Shown: positions 12,365 to 24,070 of the stretch, in pieces
Position numbering within the stretch: the first letter of the stretch is position 1
Layout of the letters: each line of letters begins with the position of its first letter
Assembly (NCBI GenBank): GCA_010093605.1
Contig: MU004183.1
Coordinates: 1,550,001-1,614,000, forward strand
Reading direction: 5' to 3'
DNA: 64,000 nt
Source of the DNA: Lophium mytilinum
Taxonomy: Eukaryota
Notes under the pieces: generated by a model
The model's input: only the letters and a program-made list of their open reading frames with translations
Told to the model about the DNA's origin: nothing
Databases searched by the model: none
Program-made: the position numbers and the translations under genes

Positions 12365-13199
12365 TAGCAATGGGTCTTCTAGCTTTGCGGATGGGTTGTG
12401 GTAGATCGGAGAGGGTATGGTGCTTCTTGGCATATTTAACACTTAGATATGCTTCCATTTCGCACTGGGTTATAATCGACGTCGACCCTGACAAGGTGCT
12501 TACCTGCATAGGATCTGATCTATATGGACACAGTTCGGTTTCTGGTCCCTTTGCACAATTCCAGAACCCCTGATCCAGTGATTTATGACATGTTTCACTG
12601 GATGTTAATAAGAAAAGTATGTTATTAGACGTCCGGTCCCAGTCTCATCAACTTGATAACTCGGTCAGGGTTTCAATCTGGTGTGTTATAGTCGGATATT
12701 ACAACTCAGGGCTGTGTCGATAGCGAGGAAACGAGCCGCAAGTTCGATACTTGGCGCCAGATTTTCTATTTCGATCCCTTTTTGCCAATCAAGTGAGGCT
12801 ATAGCACTATGTAGAGTGTAGTGTTGATAAAGTAAAACTGCTCGTGGTGACGACAGGGGTTAGTGTCGATCTCCCGGAAATGTGGCGGCTCCCCACGCGG
12901 CCGAGGCTTGGCGGTGGCTGGGACCCGACGTGCCGACCCATCTCCAGCCTCATGTTTTCATCTCAACTTTGTCGCCAGCCATCGCATTTCGCGCCCCGCC
13001 ATCATGGAATTTCGTATATCAGACCCTCCAGGGAAGGCCCTCCTTCTCTGTCTCACAACATTACATCCACTCCCCGGCATCCTCAACGCCTCTCTCCAGC
13101 ATCAAGCCCCCACGCCTCTACCTCTATCCATTCTTACCGCGCATCCTACTTCTCCAGATCCTAATCAATCTTCGTGGCCTCCTTGACGATCCCGTCAAC

Positions 13200-14150
13200 A
13201 TGCGCTTCACTTCGCAAGCTGCTCTCGCCCTCCTATCCCTACTCCACCTCACATCCGCCCTTCCCCTCGACACCGCGCCGCGACAGAATGCGCCCCGACG
13301 CGCGAAGAACTACTCGATTGTGAACGTCGACGGCGGATCTGCGACTCCGATTGTGACTGTTGTTCAGACAGTCGTGGAATCGGAACCAGCCCAAACCCCA
13401 ACAACTGTCGCTTCGACCTCCTGCACATCCACCGAGTCTAGCTCGACGTCGACATGGGGAAAGCCCTTCACCCTCTCTCCATACTCCGCACCCACGCCAT
13501 CCACCACCTCCACCAAGAGCTCTTCGTCCACATGGGGAAAGCCCTTTACCCTCCCGCCCTATTCAGAAGCCACCCCATCTACCACCTCCACAAAGCCGAA
13601 GAGCTCTTCATCCACATGGGGAAAGCCTTTCACGCTCCCTCCATACTCAGAATCCACACCATCCTCGACCTCCAAAAAATCGAAGAGCTCTTCAACATCC
13701 ACATGGGGTAAGCCCTTCACGCTACCACCCTACTCAGAAGCCACCCCGACCGCCTCGTCGACGTCTTGGGTTCTCCTCAATACCTCATCCACCTCGACAC
13801 CATGCGAATCGATGTCCTCAACCACAACTGCCGGGCCTTCAGTAGTAACCGTCATCGTCACGGCCGCCGACAGCGCTACCTCATACTACGATGACGGAAT
13901 GTGGCATACTAGATATCCCATTCGAACCTCCCTGAGCGTCATCACGCAGGCTGCGAGCTCTGCCTCGCCCACCTCGACGGAAGACAGCCAGAGACTAGAG
14001 CACTACGTTGGCAAAGGGGAATGGGAAACCCTCTACCCTGCCCCGGCTTCGACACCAACGGAGACGCCCACGAAGTTCGTCACGACTGGCGCGTTCCCGA
14101 CGCTGAATCCGACGGCGCCGGCGTACAACCATACGCAGATTCCGGCCTAA
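13200..14150 (+). CDS. Secreted Ser/Thr-rich protein with internal repeats (316 aa), function unknown
   Basis: ATG at 13200 opens a signal peptide (MRFTSQAALALLSLLHLTSA). Intronless, with four TWGKPFTLxPYS repeats. Confidence 0.85.
   Translation: MRFTSQAALALLSLLHLTSALPLDTAPRQNAPRRAKNYSIVNVDGGSATPIVTVVQTVVESEPAQTPTTVASTSCTSTESSSTSTWGKPFTLSPYSAPTPSTTSTKSSSSTWGKPFTLPPYSEATPSTTSTKPKSSSSTWGKPFTLPPYSESTPSSTSKKSKSSSTSTWGKPFTLPPYSEATPTASSTSWVLLNTSSTSTPCESMSSTTTAGPSVVTVIVTAADSATSYYDDGMWHTRYPIRTSLSVITQAASSASPTSTEDSQRLEHYVGKGEWETLYPAPASTPTETPTKFVTTGAFPTLNPTAPAYNHTQIPA
13452..13750 (+). repeat. Coding tandem repeat, 4 units of 78-87 bp
   Basis: ACATGGGGAAAGCCCTT-like units start at 13452, 13530, 13614 and 13701. 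Confidence 0.95.
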
Positions 14151-15288
14151 ACAATGACCCATGATTATTAATACGATTGGCAATTTGAACTTGACTAGCA
14201 CATTAGCGAGCGAGCACTTTGACGACACGACTTTTGATTCCTATACCAATTTCAGATTGGGCTTTGTTATAAACGGATGCTTTCATGGGATAGATGCACG
14301 GGAAAATGGTCACGGTCTGGTTGGGTTGGGATACGGCACTGGGATGGAGTTCTTACACATACACTTTTGATGCATAGCAACACGGTACGGGACCACGGTA
14401 TGGGACCAATGCTCTAATTATTAGCGAAATTGTAGAATAGAAGAGATCCAATATGAGAATAGGTTATAACACACGGCTTGATATCTGCGTTCTACTAGAG
14501 AATGTGACATGTGCGCAACATGCGCGAACAAACCCTTGAATCGAAGTGTAGCACGTAAAGTAGCAGAAGCAGTAGATAAGCGGCAGCGCTATACCCACAG
14601 CCGAAATTCCACACTCTAGAACTTAAGATCCTACCTCGCGTTTCTGTTGTGAGGCCAGAGTTGCTTTAGACGATTTACCATATGTGCAGCCTACCTTCTA
14701 GGAACCCATGACTCAGAATAACATGAATCGAACATCGAAAACATCTACTCGTGGGCACACTTATCTCCCAACAGTCTAAAACCCACGCTGCAAAGCTTCA
14801 AATCCTAGGTAGTCGTCCTCTCATCCTCGGATAGGGGCAGGGGTACGTGAAGGACACCAACACGTGTGCAGTCAATCTCCTCAGATCCTCCGATCTGAAA
14901 TTGTAGTGAATAGGACATCAATGCGGCCAATACTAATAGGTCAGAGGTGCTTCAAGACCGCCATCTATATCCTCAACCCCTCGTCTCGGAATCCACCCTG
15001 CAGAACTTGACATGCTCCCAAATACTCCTCTTATACGACCGGGGGTGCCCCAAACCCTCCACCACACCCACAGCCCTTTCACCCACCAGCCCCGATTCGG
15101 CACGTCCAAAAAGTCACGAATATCACTCACCACACGTAGTCAAAGCAACTAACAAAAACACTTTTCATTCCCTGTCCAGCCCGCGAGGGCCCTTTAGTCC
15201 AAAGAACTCCCAAAATGCAAATCATCCCGTCATAAAAGGGCTAAAGGCCCCATAAGCCACCCCACCCATCGCCCGCTTCTTCTCCCAC

Positions 15289-17262
15289 TTACGACTTCAC
15301 GATCGCAGACACTTTAGTCGCAAGATCGTCTGCTTCAGCACGCGTCGCAGCCTCCGCGTACACTCTGACCACATCTTCGGTGCCCGAAGGGCGCGCAAAG
15401 GACCGGCCCTGGCGCGTTTTGAGCACCGCGTCGTCGATCTTGGCCTGCATGCCGCTCGGCGTGACGAGCTTACGCTCAGCGTCCGTGGTCGTGTAGTCGC
15501 CTCGCTTAGCGACTTGTACCTTCAAGAGGCGGTTGGGAAGGTCGTTGTATGTTGCGAGCCACTCCGTGGGGGTCCACTCTTTGTGCGCAAGAATGACCTC
15601 GACGAGCAAGGCGTCAGATAGTGCGTCGCCGACGGCCTGATTGATCAGGTCGATGACGGCGCGGAGGGTCTCCAGGTGGAACTGCTGGCCGGGGGATTTG
15701 ACCTCGTGGTTGGCGATGGTTTGAAGGGCGTGTTCCGAGAAGATGACCGTGCCGTGACCGTTGGCTTCGAAGTAGACGCCGACGTCGTATGATTCGGCGG
15801 CGTGGTGGAGGTGCTTCACGCCGGTGGCGGTACAGGTGATGTTGAGCTTCAGGTCGTTCTTGATGTAGTGGGTGCTGGCTCCGTTGGCGTATGCGGTCTG
15901 GACGACACCGATCTTGAGGGGTTCTGAGATGGCTGCGAGGCCGCTCTGGCGAACGAGATCGCCGATGAACGAGGCGGCGAGAGTGGCGATACGGTCGCCG
16001 TCCAGAAGAGCAAAGGCACTGTTGGCTTGCTTGAAGTAGTAGACGACGCGGTCGGCATCACCATCAAGGGAGCAGCACCTGTCGCCAGGTCCGACCTTCG
16101 AAGATGGAGGAGCACGCTGGCTGGTCTTGACATAGTCCGCTCCGCACTATGAAAAATGCGAATTAGTAAAAGCATTCTGAAGGTAGGGGTAATTTCTTTG
16201 CCGTCAATCTCATACCTCAACGTTTAGACTGTCCGGCTGGTGCACGTTGTCATTCACGACCGTGATATCCAACACTCCCTGTGGGAGGTACTTGATCAAT
16301 TCCTTTAGCTTCGGACCTCCGACGCCATTGGCGCAGTCCACTGTCAATCCTCCAATTGGTTTCTTGCTTCCAAGAGCACGCTTGAATGCATCCGAGAACT
16401 TCTTGTAGTATCCTTGCTCTGAGGGCTCGCCGTAGGCTTCCGCGGTCCCTTCAGTGTTGATGCTGCGGACCATATAGTGCAGCTGGGGGGTCGTCAAGAT
16501 CTTGTAGTCGGTGTACTCAGCTCCAATGGCCTTGAGAGCGGCAACGAGGCATCCGACGAGGCGGGAGCCAGAGGCACGAGTATCGCGGGCAAACACTACG
16601 CGAGCAGGAACGGCCGAGTCGACCTTCAGCTTCGTCTGGAGCTTTTTGTATTCCTCCAACATAGCTTTGTCGCTCTCTGCGTTGGCAAGAGTTGTGCAGT
16701 AGGCTTCCCACTCATTCTGTCGGATGTTAGCGGGGCGCTGGTAACATTCATTGTACGTCTACTTCGAATTGGATAGGAGCAAACAGCGGCGGGACAGGTG
16801 GAGGAGTCTATGAGGGCTGTTCTTACTTTGAGCATAGCGCCCTATAGTTCTGGTCAGCATGTGTGCACTGGTTGTGCATGGCATGACTTACAGATGGCTC
16901 GACGAGCTTCACTCCATTGTCTGCGGGGGGGTTGTGAGACGCAGTGATCATGAGTCCGATTGTCTGTCCGCCCAGGGATTGCGAACGTAGAGCGGCAATA
17001 AGGCCACATCTGAAGACGACAGAGTCGAGGAGTTCGCTGGAAGCATAAGTCTTGCTGTTGCGCGATTTGAGGCTGACGCGGGTCTGTCACGGTACGGGAA
17101 CCTACGATTTCATGCGGAACTATGCAGGCCATATGTCAGTACCCCTCCAATGAACACGATACGATTGGAACTTACTCCTGCCGTGCCATACTCGTACTTG
17201 GTGCCCGCAGCTGGCGGGAACTGGGCGGAAGTTTCCAGGATAGCTTGATCGGCGGCAGACAT
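15289..17262 (-). CDS. AGM1: Phosphoacetylglucosamine mutase
   Basis: YGTAG|FR, ITASHNP (catalytic Ser), [22 protein letters not shown] and [15 protein letters not shown]. Multi-exon, including 14-nt and 15-nt microexons (17106-17119, 16827-16841). Confidence 0.96.
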
Positions 17263-18802
17263 GGTGAAGGGATCTCAAGGGGATCTGGAAGGGAACAGAA
17301 CGCTGGAAGATGTAATTGAGAAATAGAAGAGCAGCTTTAAGTGAGCGGAACTGCGGCTGAGGGGCGTAGTCAGCTCTGGTGAGGAGGATGTTATGATGAG
17401 GAGCTCTTACAGAGCCGCAGATTTCTAGGGCTGACCCTCCTCAGCTCCCCCGCTAACCCCTCCTGCACACCTCCGAAGCATCACACCGCCACCGCAAGGA
17501 TCGAAATAGACCCGATTTTTGTGCCAGTGGAGCATTCATAGGTGGCATGACTTGGGGAGCCTTTTGACGTAACATTGTAGGTGGCAAGGAGGACGAAAAG
17601 TGTGTGGAAGGCGCCTCTATCCACCCTCAACAACGACTCCGACGCGCATACCTAAGCTTCCACGTTCCCTATCCTGATGCGAAGCAAATAGCTTCAGCTG
17701 TAGCATCTGCCTAGCAGGCTACGGAGGAAAAATGTACGGTGTGGGAGGCGAGTTTGGAGATCTAGTTTCAATGGGTCGCTGCGATCAGCTTTCCTGGGCG
17801 CAAGTACATTAAATAAACTCACTATCATTGACTCTAGGCACAGCCAAAACCCCCGATATTCTTCACGAACCTACGGCCTACAAGTGACGGACGAGAGACA
17901 GAGCCCGCTGCTAGACAGGACCAGCTCCTACCAGTGCTCTTCGAAAGGATCCTCATCCACAATACTTATCGCACATCACACACACTCAGGCCATATTCAA
18001 GACCCGCGCATACAAATCTGTACCTAGATGACTCCTACAAACAGCATATGGATGGACGGGGCTAGATCGACTAAGCAGTGCTCAAGGGTCACAAGTCGAA
18101 GACAGTCAGTAGGGCAAGACAGCTGCTTTTCAAGACGCAGGACACAGAGGGTAATTGTGGGAAGGAGAACAGCTTAAAGCAATCAGAAGTTGACTGTCTT
18201 CGTTTGACGAGATTCGCAAGTATCTAGATGTAAGGGGGCGCAATCGTAGCAGACAACGTCTTCTTTACCATTTCCCAGTATTTCAGCGACATATCTCACA
18301 TGGGAATGCAGCTCGACTACCCAGAAAGGCCCCTCTCTGGGCCAAACAGCATTTACCGACTCTAGAAGTATCCAAAGTAGACTTGCATCAAGCCCTTCAG
18401 CCTCACTCGACGGCAGCAGACAGCAATTGGTCTTTCCTGGTGTTCCGACTGCTGCGTACCCTGTCGTGCAGCTACCCCTCGATGATCGCAGTCCTATAAT
18501 CATGCTCGCAGAACAACTAAGAGGACTTCCGAGCGAATCGATAGCTCGCGGCAAAGACCGATCGGTACATGCGGGGAGCGGATCCCCAAACCCCAGACTT
18601 CCCCACAGTACCTGACTTCCCCACAGTCATCGGCCTACGCCGACGACATTCATCCTTACGGCGTGACCGGAGAATTGTGGCCATGACTCTCACCCCATAG
18701 GGTTGGGATCACGAGTCATTCTAACTAGCCCTACGAAGATTTGTTCGGGTTCAGACTGGGTAAGAGTGCTTTGCTATTCTGATCGTATCTAGATAGTAGC
18801 AC

Positions 18803-20624
18803 CTACAGGGAGTATCTGAACAGAGGGCTCGCGTCTCCCATATCCATAAGCTCTGCCTCACTATACTTCTCCCTTATGGCATCTAGATCCATTCCATCCC
18901 TCTGCTTGTTGATTCTTGCGCAAAGGAACCGGAGGACGAGCGCTGACAGTATCGCAAGGAGTATGACCCCAAGAGAGAGCCCGTATCCCAGCTGATACCG
19001 CGGAGCTTGCCTCTGAAGATAAATGTTAGAGCCGATTCCACCTGACATGTTAGCGAACGTAAGCTGGATCGCCATCCCAATAGCACGTTTCCAGGATCCT
19101 GCCAGGTTGTTTGCTTTACCACTGATTAGCGATGCTGTGCGGGTTTCTTGTGGGGTTTGTCAACCTACCATTCCACGTTAGGGAGCCACAGACCGGTGCG
19201 TAGATCCCGGCAATGGCTGGGAACAGCATTCCATAAGTCGCTCCTGGATACTTCGGATGAGGCAGAGCAATCAGGGCGATGTAGCCTAGTGCTGCTACAC
19301 AATATGGACCTATCACGAACGGAGCTCGAGCGCGATACCTGTCCGACAGAATGGCACACACGACTGTGCACAAGAGGGCGAAGACGTAAACAGGAATCGT
19401 GAGTAATTGCTATAGCAAGTGTGAGAATTAAGGGAATTCATGTCTGGTTGCGTAGACTTACAGCATTAGATGCTGAATACCCCAACTCATGGATCACCGT
19501 AGGTAGAGTGAATATAAGCCTTGCGAACAGTTAGTACTGACTTGTCAGTAGGTTTTAGAACTTCGAACATACCCATAGCCAGCGATGGGATTTGCCCAAA
19601 GAATGAAAGTCGTCAGATACACCTTCACATCTGTCGCAGCCGCCCACACGTATTTCCACTGGAACGCCTCGTTCGTGTTGACTCGTCCCGTACTTCCACT
19701 GTCTCTACTCAATCTCTGGACTAGAAACCGGCGATTCTCTTCGGTAAGGAAGCGCGCTGTTTCTGGGCTATCTGGGAGGCAGAAGGGGAGTACGCAGGCT
19801 ACAATGACGGTTACTATGCCTTCAAGGATGAAGATCCTAACAAAATTAGCCCATTTTGACCTGCAAAAGTTTAAGGATATTCATGGCATACCATCTCCAC
19901 CCCGCAAGACCGCCTACTCCATCCATCTTGATAATTGCATAGGCGAGTAGTCCGGAGAAGGCACCCGCCAAAGTGGCAGCGGAATAGAAAAACGCCATAC
20001 GACTTTGCAGTTCCCGGCGACAGTACCAGTTAGTCAGAAGATAAGTTGCTCCTGGAAACAGTCCAGCCTCTGTGAACCCGAGGAATATTCGAACAATGAG
20101 CAGGCCATGATATCCTTTGACGATGCCCGATAACCTACTACCGTTAGCCAAAGGCTGATTGAATTAGCCGCCATAACTCACGTCATGACGGTTCCCCAAG
20201 CGACCATCAAAATCGGGATATAAATCGATGGCCGTAGGATCTTAAGTATAATGTTGCTCGGCACCTCGAATACTGCGTACGGAATAAAAAACATTGTTAG
20301 ACACAGGTTGAATTGCGCGGGCGTAAGGTTCAGGTCTTTTTCTAGGCCGGCCACCCTGGCATTCCCGACTGTGATAGACGTTAGAAGAGAACTCCTTCTT
20401 TGAGCGGAGCTGGTTCGTAACTCACTATTTCCACGATCCAAAAACGAGAGAAGATAGATAATACTCAGAAGCGGAAGAAGACGCCAGTCCACCTGGCGCA
20501 AGATCCTTTTCACTTCAGCGTCGTCGTATTGAATATCTTGACTCAAGTCCGCTTCTTCTTTTACTCCTTCTATCATTACGACATCTTCCTTCACATCTCC
20601 AGGATATTCCGTTTTGGAAGCCAT
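18803..20624 (-). CDS. MFS transporter, anion:cation symporter (Dal5/Tna1-like) family
   Basis: VDWRLLP, FLDRGN, FEVPSN, RIFLGFTEAGLFPG, AGAFSGLLAYAI, GWRW and terminal FRY motifs across several exons. Confidence 0.92.
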
Positions 20625-22790
20625 AGCTTGATGGTAGAAGTTGAGAGATGCTGACTAGTCAATTGAGAATTCAGTCAAAGTACACACAAGCACATTTTAT
20701 GCGGAGACTGCTAAGGTTAAATGCAAAATGCACTTCAAAGCGGATCGGCAAATCCTTGATCGGTTAAGGGTTTCCCTCGCAGTTCTTCCCTGATGCTGCA
20801 CCTGGGCACACATCACTTGCTCGGCGAAGGCCGATGGCATGGCATTTACCGAGCTTTGACCGCTACCTGCGCCTGTATGCCCCACGATCGCTCGTGGTGT
20901 AAAAAGGTTGTTCTATCTTCGCTTATAATGTTGGAACTACTGAATTATGGCTGTGCTATGATGGTTGGCCATCGAACGCCATGGCTCAAATCTCAGGTGC
21001 ACTTTGGGATGATTTCAAAGTAATTCTGTGACCACGCGTCACTTCTTCGGGTTTCTTGCATGTTGTTCTCGCTTGATGATCGTCACTTTTCATCGCGGGT
21101 TAGCGAGCTTAGTTCTCCCGCTAGATCTCATAGTTTCCCCATACTTCTCCTTCACCACCTGTCACTCTCCCCACCACTTCCACTGCCGCCGCAATTCCTA
21201 CTACCAAGACTCCCTCCCATCAATCTCATAAACATGTTTCCAAAGATTACTAAGATGATGGCGGCTCCAAGATTTGCGCCGTCGGAGACAGATGTTGTCG
21301 CTGCAGTGGATTTCGATCAAGATGTGGCAGTCGCTGGAATTGGATGCAGACTCATGGACTCGAAATAGTTCGCGCTAACGACCGAGATACTTCTCGGGGG
21401 GGCCCCGACGCCTTTAGCGATGCAGTGGTCAGTGTAGTCCAAGACTTGTGTGCTGCTCTGGTACAGTACCAGGTGTAGTGTCGGCGTTAGCATAGGGTCT
21501 GGCTGACCTTGGGGACACTGCCGCCGCCTCCCCCGCATTCCTTAGCCGCGTACTGTACGAGTGGCAGGTTCTGGGTGCGAGTGATCAGTTCATTGCTCTG
21601 GAGAAGTAGCTAGGGAGGTACAGGTGATGGTAGGTGTTGTAAGGTTATGTAATGTCTAGGATTTCAGTCCTGTCAGTCAATGACGGGGCGCTCTTTTTCA
21701 ACATTAGCAATATTTGGTAAAACTTACTCTCCTTCTTCTGGACAGCAGTACACTTGGTTTACATCCGGATCGTTAAGAGGCTGTGGCGGGCGCTGCGTCA
21801 AGATGAACAGTCCCTTCGCTTGAGGCCTGGTCGATCAAGCTCGCGTGAGGCGTTGGCGGACGCTGCGCAAGAGACTTGTGATGTTGGATACGATGATAAA
21901 GTCTGTCTCGACCACCACCATGTCAGCACTCAGCACTCAGCACTCATCATTCAGCAGCCAGCACTCAAAAGAGTGTATACGAGTATTTATCCAGTGAGCG
22001 GGGACTGGGCTCCTCATTGTAGACTTCATCCTCGATACACCAGCTAAGCTTGAGCTATATCCGTACCTTGTCCAGGAAGAAGGGATTTCATTCACGGCCC
22101 TACGAATTGCATTTGCACAAGCTTTAAAAAGTCCCACCGAGACACGAATATTATGTCAGTAACCACAACGCGTTGCTTGATTTTGATATCTTGTCGATAT
22201 AGGGTTCAGTCAGAACGTGCAGGTGGTACATATTCGAGAGCGATGACGCCAATATGTAGCACATCTTAATATATAACAGCCTAAGCTGCTGTTTGGTCCA
22301 GAAACTTCACCATTAAACTGCGGCCTCAAATCTAAAGATCTGGAATACTGTAGTTGTAGGTATAGAACTGAAGAGTTTGAGGCCATTTCTTTGTGGGAGT
22401 AATGCGATAGACTCCTTCTCGAAGACGTTCAAATGCCAGATTTCATCCGTAGTTGAAATCAGAAACAAGATAAAACATGCAGGCCATAAACATCCATCTC
22501 AAATTATCTTGGGAATGGTGACCCGGGATACCGGTTTCGGGATGCCGGTCATCGAAGGATCTCCGTCGGGTGCAACTTCGCTCCACCACTGCTACCACAC
22601 CTCACCCCGCAATCCAAGACGAGTCATGCAGCGAATGCAGCCTCTTTTAAGATCAAAATTCCTAGTAAGTCAGTACACGAGGTGCGATTTCCAAAGCACC
22701 TCTTGCCCTATTCTCCACTATCCACCGACCATTCTTCGAGCTCGTTTCCCCCACTTCCACTTCCGCTCCCTATCATCAACTCCCATCAAA

Positions 22791-23897
22791 ATGTACAGTC
22801 CCAAAGTTGGCGACAGGCTAGAAAGCCTCGACACCCCTTCAATGGTTGTCGACCTCGATATAATGGAAGAAAACATCCGCAAACTCATGAATCTCCTAAA
22901 GCCGCACGGCGTCAACATCCGCCCCCATCTCAAGACGACCAAAAGCCCCATCCTCGCCAAAAAGCTCATCGCCGCCGGCGCAAAAGGCGGATGCGTGGCT
23001 AAGCTTAGCGAAGCAGAGGTCATCGCCGCAGAGGGCGTCGACGACCTACTGATCACGTGCGAGATCATTGGGCCGGCCAAGGTCGCGCGGCTGGTGGAGC
23101 TGTTTCGGAAGTATCCTAAGATTCGGACGGTGGTTGATAGCGAGGTGGGGGGTACTGCTATCAACGAGGCTTTGGCTGCGTCTGGGATCGAGGAGCCGAT
23201 TCAGACTCTCATCGATCTAGATGTTGGGTTAGAACGCACTGGTATCGCGCCAGAGTCGGCTCTGGCTCTCGCGCAGCATATCTCGACTCTCAAGCACTTA
23301 AAGCTTATCGGTGTGCAAGGCTACGAAGGGCACCTGCAACACGTCCACGGCCGTGAGGAGCGAGAAAAGGAGTGCCGTGCCTCGATGGCGATCCTCACGG
23401 GCACAGCCAACATGTTACGGGAGAAGGGGTTTAACATCCAAGTCGTCACCACCGGCGGGACCGGCACAGCGGAGTTCTGCGCGACCACGCCCGGCATCAC
23501 CGAAGTGCAGCCTGGCTCTTTCATATTCATGGACTCGGATTACCGCAACGCCGTGGGCACTTTCTTCTCGCACAGCCTCACGATCCTATCGACAGCCATC
23601 AGCAAGTCCGGCTCGGAACGACGAGTGACGATAGACGCAGGCCTCAAATCACTGACCACGGACAGCGGGTTTGCGGAGCCGCTGGATATGCCCGGTGTCA
23701 CTTACGAGCCCATGGGCGACGAGCATGGCTGGCTGAGCTGGGAAGAAGGCGGCACTGACCTACCCATTGGAGCGCGCGTGCACATGATCCCAAGCCACAT
23801 CGATCCAACCGTCAACCTGCACGACTTCTACTACGCTTACCGGAAAGGAGTCATTGAGGAGATATGGCCGGTTGCAACTCGGGGTAAAGTTCAATAG
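22791..23897 (+). CDS. Fold-type III PLP enzyme, D-threonine aldolase / 3-hydroxy-D-aspartate aldolase / DSD1 family
   Basis: Intronless. LDTP, RPHLK (PLP Lys), QGYEGH, GGTGT, EVQPGSFIFMD, DAGLKS, DEHG and PSHIDPTVNLH. In-frame upstream ATG at 22626. Confidence 0.9.
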   Translation: MYSPKVGDRLESLDTPSMVVDLDIMEENIRKLMNLLKPHGVNIRPHLKTTKSPILAKKLIAAGAKGGCVAKLSEAEVIAAEGVDDLLITCEIIGPAKVARLVELFRKYPKIRTVVDSEVGGTAINEALAASGIEEPIQTLIDLDVGLERTGIAPESALALAQHISTLKHLKLIGVQGYEGHLQHVHGREEREKECRASMAILTGTANMLREKGFNIQVVTTGGTGTAEFCATTPGITEVQPGSFIFMDSDYRNAVGTFFSHSLTILSTAISKSGSERRVTIDAGLKSLTTDSGFAEPLDMPGVTYEPMGDEHGWLSWEEGGTDLPIGARVHMIPSHIDPTVNLHDFYYAYRKGVIEEIWPVATRGKVQ

Positions 23898-24070
23898 GGG
23901 GGGGCTCCATACTGCAATTAAAATACTGGAGCTCTACGAGCTCTATCATTCCAATCTAACCACTGTATGCGTCTAGGAAGAATAATTAACCCATATCTAC
24001 CCCTCTTTGAGAATTCTATAAAGAGAAGAGTGTAGATTCCGCACATGAAATGCCTCCTTTTGTACATCAC

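Noticed and set aside
12882..13199. 106-codon in-frame extension of the secreted repeat protein
   Set aside because: It starts at GTG and reads like a pyrimidine-rich 5'UTR. The signal peptide begins at ATG 13200.
13452..13750. Repeat array as CRISPR-like or as a dikaritin RiPP precursor
   Set aside because: It is an in-frame coding repeat in a eukaryote with no cas genes, no KR-flanked cores and no DUF3328 neighbour.
18596..18627. Direct repeat GACTTCCCCACAGT x2 (CreA-like GTGGGG on the minus strand)
   Set aside because: It lies 3' of the MFS gene and 1.3 kb from the AGM1 start. Too weak to assign.
21234..21610. Short ATG ORF and coding-like sequence between the MFS and aldolase-like genes
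   Set aside because: Only 44 codons before a stop, and no recognisable family.
22377..22625. TTG-started N-terminal part of the 506-aa ORF
   Set aside because: Non-ATG start, runs through promoter-like sequence, and shows no family resemblance.
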